From Octopus sinensis (taxonomy: Eukaryota), in assembly GCF_006345805.1 (NCBI RefSeq), contig NC_043017.1, forward strand, positions 15,934,001 through 15,998,000: a DNA stretch of 64,000 nt, given 5' to 3'. The notes under the pieces were generated by a model. The model was not told the origin of the DNA. It worked only from the letters and a program-made list of their open reading frames with translations, and searched no databases. A program made the position numbers and the translations under genes. Position 1 is the first letter of the stretch; every line of letters starts with the position of its first letter. Below, piece after piece: positions 25,177 through 37,330 of the stretch.

Positions 25177-25732
25177 TACACACACAGTTTCATCAACCAA
25201 ATTTATTCACAAAGGCTTGGTCAGTCCAGGGCTATAGTAAAAAAAAAACACTTGCCCAAGCTGCTGCACAGTGGGACTGAACCTGACTCCATATGGTTAG
25301 AAGCCAAGCTTCTAAACCTCACAGCCAAGCCTGCGTGCATCTACGTATATATGCATATGTGTTTGTGTGTGTGTGTGTGTGTGTTTCTAGTTGTTGTTTA
25401 CCCTCAAGTTAATTTAGGTTAAACAGACATTCCACCCATGGCCTTTCCACCGACTAAACTGACTGTATTATCCAGTATGGCCTTCCTTTTTGTTTTATAA
25501 CTAGTTGAGTCACTATAGTGTGATGTGTGGGGGACCCAGCTGCTACTTCTAGCAGGTCAATGGTTGAGTACCCTGTAGATTCCCCCTCATTAACTCCATT
25601 TAATTATCCCCCATGCTGTGATGACTACAAACCTGTACCCCAACACTACCCACATTTGTACTCAATGACACAGATATTAATGGCCTCTCCTCCTCCACAA
25701 CTCTTTCATGTGCTCTGTTATAGTGGTGTGTG

Positions 25733-25778
<46 letters not shown>

Positions 25779-25931
25779 GGCATGTTTAGGTCGTTGTAAC
25801 TTGGTGGTTCAGCAAAAAAGACTGATAGAATAAGTACTAGGCTTACAAAGAATAAGTCCTGGGGTCAAATTGTTCGACTATAGGCGGTGCCCCAGCATGG
25901 CCACAGACTGAAACAAGTAAAATAACACACA

Positions 25932-25990
<59 letters not shown>

Positions 25991-26239
25991 TATATATCCT
26001 GCATCATGGGAAGTAGAGCTTTATGGAAAATTACAGGTTTCATACAAGTGGTGGTGATCATGGATGGGTGGTGTAGTATGTATACATGCATGTGTGATGT
26101 GTAGCTATGGACACACACACACACACACATATATATATCATATATATGTGGTAACTAGCCATACGCATACATGTATATGCCATGACAGAAGAGTGGATAT
26201 TAAAATGAAGATGATGATGATGATGATGGTGATATATGT

Positions 26240-26285
<46 letters not shown>

Positions 26286-27108
26286 TCTTCAGAAGATTGA
26301 CAATACAAAATTTGGATTCCTGATTTATAAAATGTTCATTTCCAGTAATCTCCACACGATCGTTTCTGTACAAAGTAGACTCTCAGATGTTGCTGGCTAC
26401 CATGGATTTCCTTGTTTTTTAAGTTTTGAATGATGTCACCCCACTGGTAAGGCAAGACAGGCTGACAAGCATGCCCACCACCACAAAACACGCTGTCCCA
26501 TTGCAGAGCTACCCATTTATATGAATTGTGTGTGTGTATGTGTGTGTGTGTGCTTGTAATGTTGAGGTTTTTAGCATATATTAGGCAAATATATTAAAAT
26601 CACAAAAGGCATTACTGAGATAGAACTCAATACAAGTATTAGGGCCTCTTTGTGTCACAAAATGCTGACAATGACTTTTTGAAGTTTTGACATTGAAACT
26701 ATTTCACCTTCAAGTAAAATTTTTTATTCATTGACAGTGTGTGTGTGTGTGATTTAAAGGGCACTGTGATTACAGGTGTGTATATATGTTTTACATGTGT
26801 AGAATGTGTGGAAGACATATGTCTGTGTGTATATATATTCACATGACTGCATAGTGTCCTGGGTGTGTTTGTTTTGTGGCAAAATTGATTTCTACTTAAG
26901 CAATCATTTTTGTTTACATCATCAATATAGATGTGTTTACAAGATTGATATGTATACCAGACTCCCGGTGATCCATTGGGTCACTGGAAAACTCAGTTTC
27001 CCAGCAACAGAGTTTTGTTTCGTGGGTCTTTTCCAGGTTATTTCGCATGCTTTCAATGAATGTGACATCAAAATAACGCGTAAATTGTTCCTTTCCCCCA
27101 GAAAAAGT

Positions 27109-27225
27109 AAGATTTGGCTGCTATTTCTTGCACGCCCTGCTACTATGTAACAGGTATATCAGATCCTTTATTGCAAAGAGCTGTTACGTAGTAGCAGGGC
27201 ATGCTAGAAATAGCAGCCAAATCTT
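27109..27225. repeat. Hairpin: 45 bp arms, 3 mismatches, 27 bp spacer
   Basis: 27109-27153 versus 27181-27225. It contains the recurrent GCTAGAAATAGCAGCCAAATCT motif. Confidence 0.9.
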
Positions 27226-28006
27226 TGGAGGTGAGATAGCATTGAATGCACTCGAAAAAACCTAAGGAAGAAAACTATTTCACACCGAGGTTACAAAGTT
27301 CATGATGTATATATATGTGTTTATGTATGTATATATGTGTGTATGTATGTATGTATGTGAGCCGGCAAAAAGAGACCGATAGAAGAAGTACTGGGCTTAC
27401 AAAAGAATAAGTCCCAGGGTCGATTTGCTCGACTAAAGGCGGTGCTCCAGCATGGCCACAGTCAAATGACTGAAACAAGTAAAAGAGTAAAAAAAAGAGT
27501 AGACGTGTCTGTATGTGTGTATATGTGTATGTATATGTAAATGTATGTTTATGTACTGAGATGTGTGTCTGTTCAAGTTGTTTATATTACTGTTACTCTG
27601 TCGAATGTTGTATTTTTTTGTTGTCAAATCAGTCTGATCAAAAGGTTAGAGTTTCTCCCCTTTCAGGATGAAGTTAAATTTGGAACATTTTCACATTATG
27701 CACCGTTTTGGGTATTTATACCCTAAACCCTGAATACCTCAATAACTACTGCTCCAATTTACGTGAGATTTGTTTCATTCCGTTCATATTAACATTTCAG
27801 GGTGACTTAATTCATAGTATTTTCCCGTTATGCACCAGTTTTCCTGGGTAACATTGCAAGCAAGCAAGCAAGATTGAAACTGACTTTTAATGTATTATAT
27901 ATATATATAAAGGGAAGCTTTATGAAAATAAACAAAAGACGAAGGCAAGTGGAGTACAAACAAACAATTGTATTAGTATGGCGCTCAGGAATAGAAATAG
28001 AACAAG

Positions 28007-28044
28007 TCTTTTACGTTTCGAGCCTACGCTCTTCAACAGAAAGA
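28007..28044 (-). ncRNA. Minimal hammerhead motif, A6U variant
   Basis: TCTTT-CUGUUGA-A-GAGC(GUAG)GCUC-GAAA-C-GU-A|AAAGA. Perfect stems I and II and a loopless palindromic stem III. Confidence 0.72.
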
Positions 28045-28123
28045 TACACAGAAAAGAAACATGGAGAGAAACAAGGAGAGAAAAAAAATGCGTGCAGAAG
28101 CTAGCGATTCAACATCGCGATAA

Positions 28124-28154
<31 letters not shown>

Positions 28155-28499
28155 CCTACACATACTAAGGAATAACATGATTAATGCTACGCTCTATCAT
28201 TTAGTGATATGTGTGTATGCATATGTATGTGTGTGGAGGTGTCAGTATATGCATGTATATGTGTGTGTTAGTGTGTGCTACAAATGTCAAACTCAGAGCA
28301 ATATTTAACAGCTAAATCACATGGCATTTTCTGTAACTATTTTCTGGTTAAAAATTTATGACTTATCTTTGTGTATACAGCATGTAACCAATACTGAAAC
28401 AGCACAGCAAAATATTCGGTCAAACTGATATTAAAGAAAAAATCACTTTTGAAGATGACAACACAAAGAGCACGTTTTTAGAAAATTGGTCGCTATGTT

Positions 28500-29110
28500 T
28501 AATTAAAAAGACTAAAAAATGGCCACTCAACTAAAACTTCCCTTACCCGCAGCATAGACATAGAAATGATTGCCCAGCAGGACCAGATGACTCCTTCTCA
28601 TGTCACAGTGGGAGTCTCCAAAGAATCTTTGACACCGTAAAACCATTGATCAGTTCACCTTCCAATATTGCCCAATGCTGCAGTCGTGTATGGAGCCCCA
28701 ATTCAGGAGAAACAGGAGACCACATGATGTTGGGGTGGGTGTCATGTGATTACATCATTTCCCTACCATCTCTTACCAAGTGTGAACTATCATAAAAGAC
28801 CCGTTTGTGATGTCTTCATGCATCACATGGCTGGTTGAGGACTCAGCCATTCACTGGAACTGTCTTTGAAAATGTCCCAACAACTGAGAATGTCAACCTT
28901 TCTTGGTATGGTGGACACAGTCCTGCTTGAGGTCTCCATATTTTTCCTAGCCTTGAATGCAAATGACATGACCACATTCAAGAAAATGGTAATCCCTTTG
29001 CATGGCACCAAGGCTCATGAACCCGATGCTGTCTTCTCAGTTCCTATCAGACTGGAACCGGCCATGTTCACTCTGCTGGTAAATGTGAAAGAGAAACGAG
29101 AAAGCTAGAA
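28500..29110 (-). mobile_element. Possible very decayed L1/Tx1 APE fragment
   Basis: Minus-strand YD..LVRD, HHVVSC and GQYWKVN echo the YLDR.LVR / DH.LV.C / GYWKLN order. Confidence 0.3.
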
Positions 29111-29612
29111 TTTGGGGCATGTCACATATCCTTGTTTGGTTAGCTTCCATTTATGGCTCCCACTAAAAATTGTTCATAAATTCCTGGTGCATCCTGTACT
29201 GTATATGTTATACATACACACACACACACATTTACATATATGTATACATGTGTATGTATATATGTGTGTGTATGTGTGTATATATGTATACATAAATATA
29301 CATACAAGTATACATATGTATATGTTGTTGTATATATATATATACACGCACACACCTACATATATATATATAGGTGAGTTGGCAGAATCGTTAGCATGCT
29401 GGGCAAAATGCTTAGCAGCATTTTGTCTGTCTTTATGTTCTGAGTTCAAATTCAGCCAAGGTCAACTTTGCCTTTCATCCTTTCAAGGTCGATAAATTAA
29501 GTACCAGTTGCATGCTGGGATTGATCTAATCAACTGGCCCCCTCTCCCAAAATTTCTGGCCTTGTGCCTAGAGTAGAAAATAATTATATATATATATAAA
29601 AATCAAATCAAA

Positions 29613-30110
29613 TCAAACCAAATCAAAATAGATGAACATCAATGGAACTTGTATCCTTGTGGTACCAGTGCCGGTGGCACATAAGAAAACCATCCGAACG
29701 TGACCGTAGCCAGTACCGCATCGACTGGCCTCTGTGCTGTGGGCATGTAACAAACACCATCCGATCGTGGCCGTTTGCCAGCCTCGTCTGGCACCTGTGT
29801 CGGTGGCACATAAAAAACACCATCCGAGCGTGGCCGTCTGCCAGCCTCGTCTGGCACCTGTGTCGGTGGCACATAAAAAAACACCATCCGAGCGTGGCCG
29901 TCTGCTAGCCTCGTCTGGCACCTGTGTCGGTGGCACATAAAATCACCCACTACACTCTCAGAGTGGTTGGTGTTAGGAAGGGCATCCAGCTGTAGAAACA
30001 CTGCCAGATCTGACTGGCCTGGTGCAGCCTTCGGGCTTGCCAGACCCCAGTTGAACCGTCCAACCCATGCTAGCATGGAAAGCGGACGTTAAACGATGAT
30101 GATGATGATA
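29613..30110 (+). mobile_element. Non-coding element with the RTE-X 3'UTR (family C) and an internal 63-64 bp tandem triplication
   Basis: The tail is of the same type as at 34591-34760 and ends in (GAT)n. Repeat units start at 29755, 29818 and 29882. Other family C copies: 14171-14322, 16673-17000, 30196-30420, 46888-47100 (-) and 18740-18920, 48180-48270 (+). Confidence 0.85.
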
Positions 30111-30629
30111 TATATTGAAAGTCTATGAGAATTACTTTTATACGGTTTTTTTCTAGTGCGTGTGCGCTTTCATTTAACCTTTTCATTATATATATATCAT
30201 CATCATCATCATCATCGTCGTCGTCTAACGTCTGTTCTCCATGCTAGCATGGGTTGGACGATTCGACCGGGGATCTGGGAAGCCAGAAGGCTGCACCAGG
30301 CTCCAGTCTGATCTGGCAATGTTTCTACAGCTGGATGCCCTTCCTAACACCAACCACTCCAAGAGTGTAGTGGATGCTTTTTATGTGCCACCTGCACAGG
30401 TGCCAGGCGAGGCTGGCAATGCACACACAGACATACGCACACACACACACGCACACAAGCATGTACACACACACACACACAGAGCATAGGCTTCAGCACA
30501 ATTTCTGTTTATTATTGATCATCACTGTGAAGGTTTTAGTTGTCCCAAGCATAGTTTCCCAAGGCCCCATGCGCTGGGATTGAACCTGGAACCATGTAGT
30601 AACGAAAGGAACCTAATCATCCACACGCA

Positions 30630-30663
<34 letters not shown>

Positions 30664-33069
30664 GAAATCCTTCTTAATTCTCCCCCCCCTCTTCTCTATT
30701 CTTGAAGCCCTGCCAGGTAGTCTACATTTGGTCTGCTAGAAATAGCAGCTAAACTCTCTTTCAAATCACATCCCCCTGCCTTTAAAAGAAATGTGGGACT
30801 TATAGGAATGGTTTAGTCTTAGCTCTACTGTTTACATAAAAGAGAGGGGATGGTCATGGCTGGAACGCCATTGATCATATGTCTGCCAGATGGTTGCTGA
30901 CCTGGGGCTAAATAATGGTTAACTGTTTGTTTAAACTGCTAACAATGAAAGGTGTGATGGAAGACAAAGGTCATGTTTACTGGAACACCCCACACCTTCC
31001 ACCCCTCCCCGTGGTGGCGGCGGCAGGGGTGGGGGAAGCGTTGCTGGGGTGGAAGTAGTTGGGTGGTGGTGGAAATGTTATATTTGTTGACTAGATTATT
31101 GTATTACACCTGGGTGGGGGCTGGCGGGTTAGGGTGTGGTGTGGTGTGGCGAAGGGATGGGGGGTGGGGTAACTACACCACCACCACCACCAATATTGTT
31201 GGAAGAATTTAATTTATTCAGCTGTCATTTACACACACACACACCAAGAAACACACACTCACACACACACACATATATATACACACACTCACACTCACAT
31301 ATGCATATATGCAAGCATGCACACACATAATGACCTTTTATGATTCTTCTGTTGACTCAGAGGGGGAGAGAGAGGAGAATGAGAGAAAGAGAGATTAAGT
31401 GTTACAGGGAGAGAGAGATGGGATATACAGATAGATAGAGAGGGAGAGAGAGGAGAGATTTGTTGTGAAAACCGACCTTTTGAAGAGTTCCACCCCCACC
31501 CCAACCCTCACCATATCAACAATGACAACCAAGTAAACAGTTGGAGGGACAAGCCCATAACCTTTCCTCCATTGTTTTTCTTCCCTCTTCAACTGTAATC
31601 AAATTAACCTGCTATCTTATCATTTAATTAGTCATTTAATTCTGGCAACTAATTAAGTAACAGAGGTCTCTATGACTGGCTGTTCTTGAGTGGACTGGTG
31701 TGAAGGAAGGGGTTTTTTGAGCCGGACTTTGTAGCAACCCCCCCCCCCATCCATCCCTCCCTAGGGTTTTGAGACTGGTGGCTGGGTTGATGCAGAGGAT
31801 AACCCTCTTGAACATTTGCAGGAAACACATGGTGAGGGGGAAGAATTTGAGAGGGATAATATGCGGGGGGGGATGAACTGGGGGTAAGGGTTAGGGATGG
31901 GTAGAAGAAGCCTTGCCCTTGTCATTCACAGGAACCCCCAGGCTTCAGTTGTTCCAAGAATTGCAGGAAACATGAGGCCAGGGGAAGAAATTTTGGAAAG
32001 GATTATACTCAGGGGAAGAAAAACTAGAAGTAAGGGTTAGTGCAGGGCCTCTCTCTCTCCCTTTTTTATTGGGTTTGGAAAATAAGCCAAAGGTTGGGAC
32101 CGTCAGGCTTCTGTTTGTTCTAAAATTGCAAGAAACATGGCTGGTTGGGGAGGATATATGAGAGGCTGATCCTCAAGGGAGAAAAACTGGGAGTAGGGGT
32201 TAGTGCAGGGCCTTTTTCTATTAGGTTTGAAAGAGGGATCAGTGTCCATGTCCTTCACAGGCTTGTACACACACACACACACACACATCTCAAATCACAT
32301 TAAAAATCTTTTAAAAAGGGGTCACTCAAGTTATTATCTTGTCATCATCCACTTCTGGCTCACTCCTCTTCTGGCTCACAGGCACATTGTCTCCTCTCTT
32401 CGTCGTTTCTCTCTGATGCTATAATGGCCCCTGCTCCTCAGAGCTGGTTGTTCTTATGCCACCTCACCCCCACCCAAACACACCAGAGTCACTTCCCTCC
32501 TCCTACCCCACTCTCTACCTATACTGTAGCCACACCCCCCATCCTGATCCTGCTCTAACCAATCCTTTCTTCCTCTCTTGCAACATTCAATGGCATTTTC
32601 ATCAAAAGGATCTGTGTTTCTATGCAAGAGCAATGTCCTCAGCTTATTATACAAGATAAATCTTTGATACTTATATGGAAACGTGCTTCAAATCTGCATA
32701 ACGGTTTGCAGTAATATAGAATAGGCTAACTGAATTCTTCAAACACGGAAATTTTATGAATGTAGTGAAAAATTTCAGGGTGGTCCCAAACTTTTAGCCA
32801 GTAGTCTGTGTGTGTATATATATATTTATAATTATTTTGCAATTTACTTAATCATCGGTATATTATTGTTATTTTAATTTTAATATTTCTATTATATGTA
32901 ATTTGTTAGATGGTGTAAATTAATTGTTCATTTTGAACTGATAAAAGGTGGGGTTTTTTTCTAATTTTATATATATATATATATAAATAATAATAAATAT
33001 TAGGAAATAAATCCAAATTTACAGGGAAAAATCAGATTTAGGATTGAATCCAATTTTATAGTAAAATAT

Positions 33070-33428
33070 TATATAATATTAATTAGAGACAAAACCACTA
33101 TTATGCAAATCAAACAAAGAAAGACTTAATCCAATACATAAAAAATTTTATATAAATTAAATAAAATTAAGTTATCCACTACAATTGTTTCTTGTCACTT
33201 CTGAAGACATTCATCAGGTGGTTTTCAGACCTTCTATTCAATTTTAAATTATGAAGTCATAATTTAAAATTGAATAGAAGGTCTGAAAACCACCTGATGA
33301 ATGTCCTTAGAAGTGACAAGAAACAATTGTAGTGGATAACTTAATTTTATTTAATTTATATAAAATTTTTTATGTATTGGATTAAGTCTTTCTTTGTTTG
33401 ATTTGCATAATAGTGGTTTTGTCTCTAA

Positions 33429-33441
<13 letters not shown>
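33070..33441. repeat. Fold-back palindrome: 185 bp arms, 2 nt spacer, 2 mismatches
   Basis: 33070-33254 is the reverse complement of 33257-33441 apart from positions 33203/33308 and 33205/33306. Confidence 0.95.
33290..33335 (+). ncRNA. Hammerhead motif in the right arm of the palindrome (mirror copy at 33176-33221, minus strand)
   Basis: CCAC-CUGAUGA-A-UGUC...GACA-A-GAAA-C-AATT-GU-A|GTGG. Confidence 0.65.
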
Positions 33442-33460
<19 letters not shown>

Positions 33461-33872
33461 GACAAGGTCTAAATAATGGTCATTACTTATTTTTCTTTCA
33501 TTGGTGACAATTTGGCTTACAGCTGTTTCCTGTAGTCTTTATATGTTACTGATTGGTTTACTCAATCGATCTATTGATCAGCTGAGTAAAACTGAAATTT
33601 CCTCCAATAAAGGAAAAATGTGTTATGAGCATCATTTTAAGCTTGTTTCTTATATATATATATCACTCTGTGTAAAAACCAGTTTGTCTGGAACCCATCC
33701 ATGGATTTACAATATAGAATTGGGATGAACCTTGGACCCTGCCACAAGAATACCTGGAGTTCTTCACTAATCTAAACAATATCATTAGCCAGGTGTGCCA
33801 ACAGAGGGCTCATGAAGTATTTTGCTCAGATTGATATAATCCCTCACTATGTGTGTGTGTGTGTGTGTGTGT

Positions 33873-34252
33873 AGGAACAGGTGTGGCTGTGTGGTAAGAA
33901 GCTTGCTTCCCAACCATATGATTCTAGGTTCAGGCCCACTGCATGGCACCTTGGGTAAGTCTCTTGTATTATAGTCTTGGGCCAACCAAAGCCCTGAGAG
34001 TGGATTTGGTAAAGACAAACCGAAAGAATCCTATCATGTATATACATATCTATCTGTCTGTGTGTCTCTGTCTCTCTGTTCCCACCCCCACCACTTGGCA
34101 ACTAGTGTTGGTGTGTTTACATCCCCATGACTTAGTGGTTCGGCCAAAGAGACCAATAAAAAAAAAGTCCTAGGATTGATTCATTTGATCAAAAAGTCTT
34201 CAATGCCCCAGCATGGCCACAATCTTATGACTGAAACAAGTAAAAGATAAAA
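33873..34252 (+). mobile_element. Near full-length SINE family A (tRNA head plus CORE-like CCTTGGG.AAG; OR2-like)
   Basis: A-box TGGCTGTGTGGT, B-box GGTTCAGGCCC, CORE-like segment, and tail CCAGCATGGCCAC...GACTGAAACAAGTAAAAGA. The family name is from memory. Confidence 0.85.
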
Positions 34253-34590
34253 ATGTGTGTGTGTGTGTATGTGTTAGACTGAGCCACCACTTAGCCTTTT
34301 ACTGGATGAACATCACAACATCCACCTCCTCCTCCCATTCCCCTCACCTATAACTATATAGACAGTGTGTAGAATGTTACTGAGTCAGTGGTAGAGTGGA
34401 CGCTTAGCTGAAGTGGTGGAGGAGGTGCAGAGTTCAAATCCTGTTTGCTGCACTCTGGATGGTTGTGATCATCTCCGCTTTCAGTGACTAAGTCCACCTG
34501 GCTGTAAGAAAATACTATCTGTAAGTAGCTATTACAAGGAGGTACAGGCCACTTGGGTGTAAGCAGATACCACAAGATTGTGTGTACATA

Positions 34591-35232
34591 TATATCATCA
34601 TCATCATTTAACATCTGTTTTCCATGCTGGCATGGGTTGGACGGTTTGACCAGAGATGCCAAGCTAGAGAGCTGCACCAGGCTCCAGTTTGGGCTTGGTT
34701 TCTACAGCTTGATGCTCTTCCTAATGCCAACCACTCCACAGAGTATAGTGGGTGCCTTTTACGTGGCACCAGCACAGGTGCCTCTTATGTGTCACTGGCA
34801 CGGGCCACAACTTTGATTTCACGAGATTTCACATGTCCTCTCAAGCACAGCAAACACCAAAGGTCTCGGTCACTTATTGTCAGCTCTTTGATGCCCAACA
34901 TTCAAAGGTCGTGCTTGACCACCTCATCCCATGTCTTCCTGGCTCTGTCTCTTCCACAGCTTCCCTCCACTGTTAGAGTGCAGCACCTTTTCACACAGTT
35001 GTCCTCGTCCACCAGCACAGTCATCTCTCTTGCACACCACATCTGATGCCTCTTATGCCCAGCTTTTCTTTCAAGGCACTTACACTCTGTCATGTATGCA
35101 CACTGACATTGCACATCCAGCAGAACATGGTGGCTTCATTTCTTTCAAGCCTTCACATGTCCTCTGCAGTCACAGCCCATGTTTCACTACCATGAAGTAT
35201 GGCTGTTCACACTTAGGCATTGTACAATCTGC
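34591..35232 (-). mobile_element. RTE/RTE-X LINE 3' end including the RT C-terminus, 3'UTR and (GAT)n tail
   Basis: Minus strand reads LHGSETWAVTAEDM.RLERNE...CNVSV...VQERRL...VEGSCGR.RARKTWDEVVKHDL. It continues directly into the GGAGTGGTTGGC.TTAGGAAG.GCATC...CATGGAAAAC.GA.GTTAAATGATGATGAT tail. Confidence 0.85.
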
Positions 35233-35297
35233 CTTTCACTCTGAGAGGGAGAGAGAGAGGCTCTTTGTTACCAACAAAGGTAGAAGTGTATATATGT

Positions 35298-35343
<46 letters not shown>

Positions 35344-35511
35344 CCATATCCATCCATCTATCTATCTATCATTTTCGGAGTCAAGACTATTGGAAAGGCT
35401 GCAAAATGCAACGAAAATTTTAGAAAAATAAAAATAAGAAATAAGTGGAAATTTTAGTGGTGTGTTAAATTATAAGGCACAAAAAGAAAATGACTCTCCC
35501 CAGACACAACA

Positions 35512-35544
<33 letters not shown>

Positions 35545-35634
35545 TTTATAAGCATGCAAGACTCATGTACACACATAGCCTATGTGTGTGTGTGTGTGTG
35601 TGTATATATATAGATATATATATATAAGTGGCAC

Positions 35635-35940
35635 TCTGTTGGTTATGACAACGAGTGTCCTAGTTTATATAATCAATAGAACAGCCTGCTTGTGAAATGA
35701 ATGTGCAAGTGGCTGAGTATTCCACAGACAAGCATACTCTTAAGGTAGTTCTCGGGGAGATTGAGTGACACAGAATGTAACAAGGCTGGTCCCCTTTGAA
35801 TTACTGGTACAACTCATTTTTGCCAGCTGAGTGGAGTGGAGCAAAGTGAAATAAAGTGTCTTGCTCAAGAATACAATGCACTGCCAGGAATTGAACTCAT
35901 GGCCTCACGATTGTAAGCCGAATACCCAAACCACTAACCT
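35635..35940 (-). mobile_element. SINE family D variant
   Basis: Shares the GAACAGCCTGCT.GTGAAAT.AA.GTGCAAGTGGCTGAG.A.TCCACAGAC body. Its central part is GTGTCTTGCTCAAG...CAA, followed by a decayed tRNA head. Confidence 0.8.
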
Positions 35941-36064
35941 TCAGAGAGAGAGAGAGAGAGAAATTTCTGTTTGTCTAGCTTTGAATGCAAAACTATTCTT
36001 ATGCAATCTTTAAAAGTAAAGGATCCGAGTTCAATTGCAGTCCACTGAAATATATTTGTATAAG

Positions 36065-36129
<65 letters not shown>

Positions 36130-36569
36130 GTGAGTGAGTGAGTGTGTATTTAAGAATGGAAGTCTGATTTTTAATCCATTTGAGTGAAATGTGTGTGTGT
36201 GTGTGTGTGCATTCTGTAACTTAGCAGTTCAAACAAATTAAATTGAGAAAATAAGTAGTAAACTTGGAAAGTATTGTGGTTTTATTTCAAGGTTTCATAA
36301 TCTGGAAGGTTTTTGTTCCCCAAAGACAGAAATTCTGTTGTGGTTGTTGGAACTCTTTGTTTCCCTATACACAAAGGTTACACTACAAGATCCCCACTGT
36401 GCTTTCTCCATCTGTTTTGTAGCTGGAAGCAATGCAGGCTTAGAAACAACAGCTATTAAGCATATCTTTTTTGTAGAGTCAGGCAGGAACTTTCAGTGAA
36501 TTTTTTATTTTTTTGTTTTTTCTCTGATTTAAAAATTTTTATTTGTTTATTTTTAAAAAATTTTTTGTC

Positions 36570-37330
36570 TCCAAATAAATCGTCCAACATGGTTGACCTT
36601 GCAAAATGTCTTTACACTTTGATCTTCTCCTCTTCTCAAAGTCTCACCCAGGAATCGGTTAACCCTGAAAGGTCATGGTGAGACAGCAGATGCAGATATC
36701 TGCATTGTCTGCTCAATAACTCAACTTCTGACCATTGTGCTCATCCTCAGTCTTTGTCCAGATTGTAGCATCAACTTTTATGCTTCCAATGGCCAGGCAG
36801 TCCATCTCTTGTCAGCATCCCTTTCTGAAAGCCAGGTTTGGCGTGCTGTGGTCGCTGATGCACAAACGTTCACAGAGGCTATCCTGGCGGATGAGCAGGT
36901 GTGTCCACAATGCATCTCTTTGATGGAGTTGCAGTCCTAGGTCAGGTAATGGCCAAGATTAAGGTCCCTGGCACCTAGAATATCCTCAGATGCTCACCAC
37001 TCTCAACCAGTCAAGTAATGCTATCGGTGGAAGTATATAGAGGACAAGTGATGGGCTAGAGTGATGCTGTTCTTGAAGCTGGGGAGGATGAATTATTTGG
37101 TCTGTTTCAGAGGTTGAGGACTATTATGGAGAGCTTCCAGAAATTCCTGGCCTTACTATGTTGAGGAGGGCCACTGCTGGTTCAAGATGTTCTCTACAGG
37201 TATGCTAATGCCACTTATCAGGACTGCTTGAGATGCTCACAGAGTAACAAAACTATTGCATGCACCCATGCAGTGTCTTATCATCGCTGACCTTTGAGGA
37301 GATGTCGGAACAGCTATTGTCACGTACAGC
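36570..37330 (-). mobile_element. Possible very decayed L1/Tx1 fragment (APE end and linker)
   Basis: Minus-strand ISDHS followed by PGHWK resembles the SDH...GYWKLN pattern. The rest is heavily disrupted. Confidence 0.35.

Noticed and set aside
29755-29943. Regular 63-64 bp repeats resembling a CRISPR array, and an HDV-ribozyme-like GCCTCGTC loop
   Set aside because: The units are near-identical along their whole length, with no unique spacers and no cas genes. For an HDV fold, P3/L3-like and P1-like pairings exist, but P2 cannot stack on P3 and extra bases separate P3 from P1. The module also lies in a LINE 3'UTR-type region.
30990-31180. G-rich tract with G-quadruplex potential and one TTAGGG
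   Set aside because: Low-complexity G/T sequence typical of this window. It is not a telomeric array and no functional context is visible.
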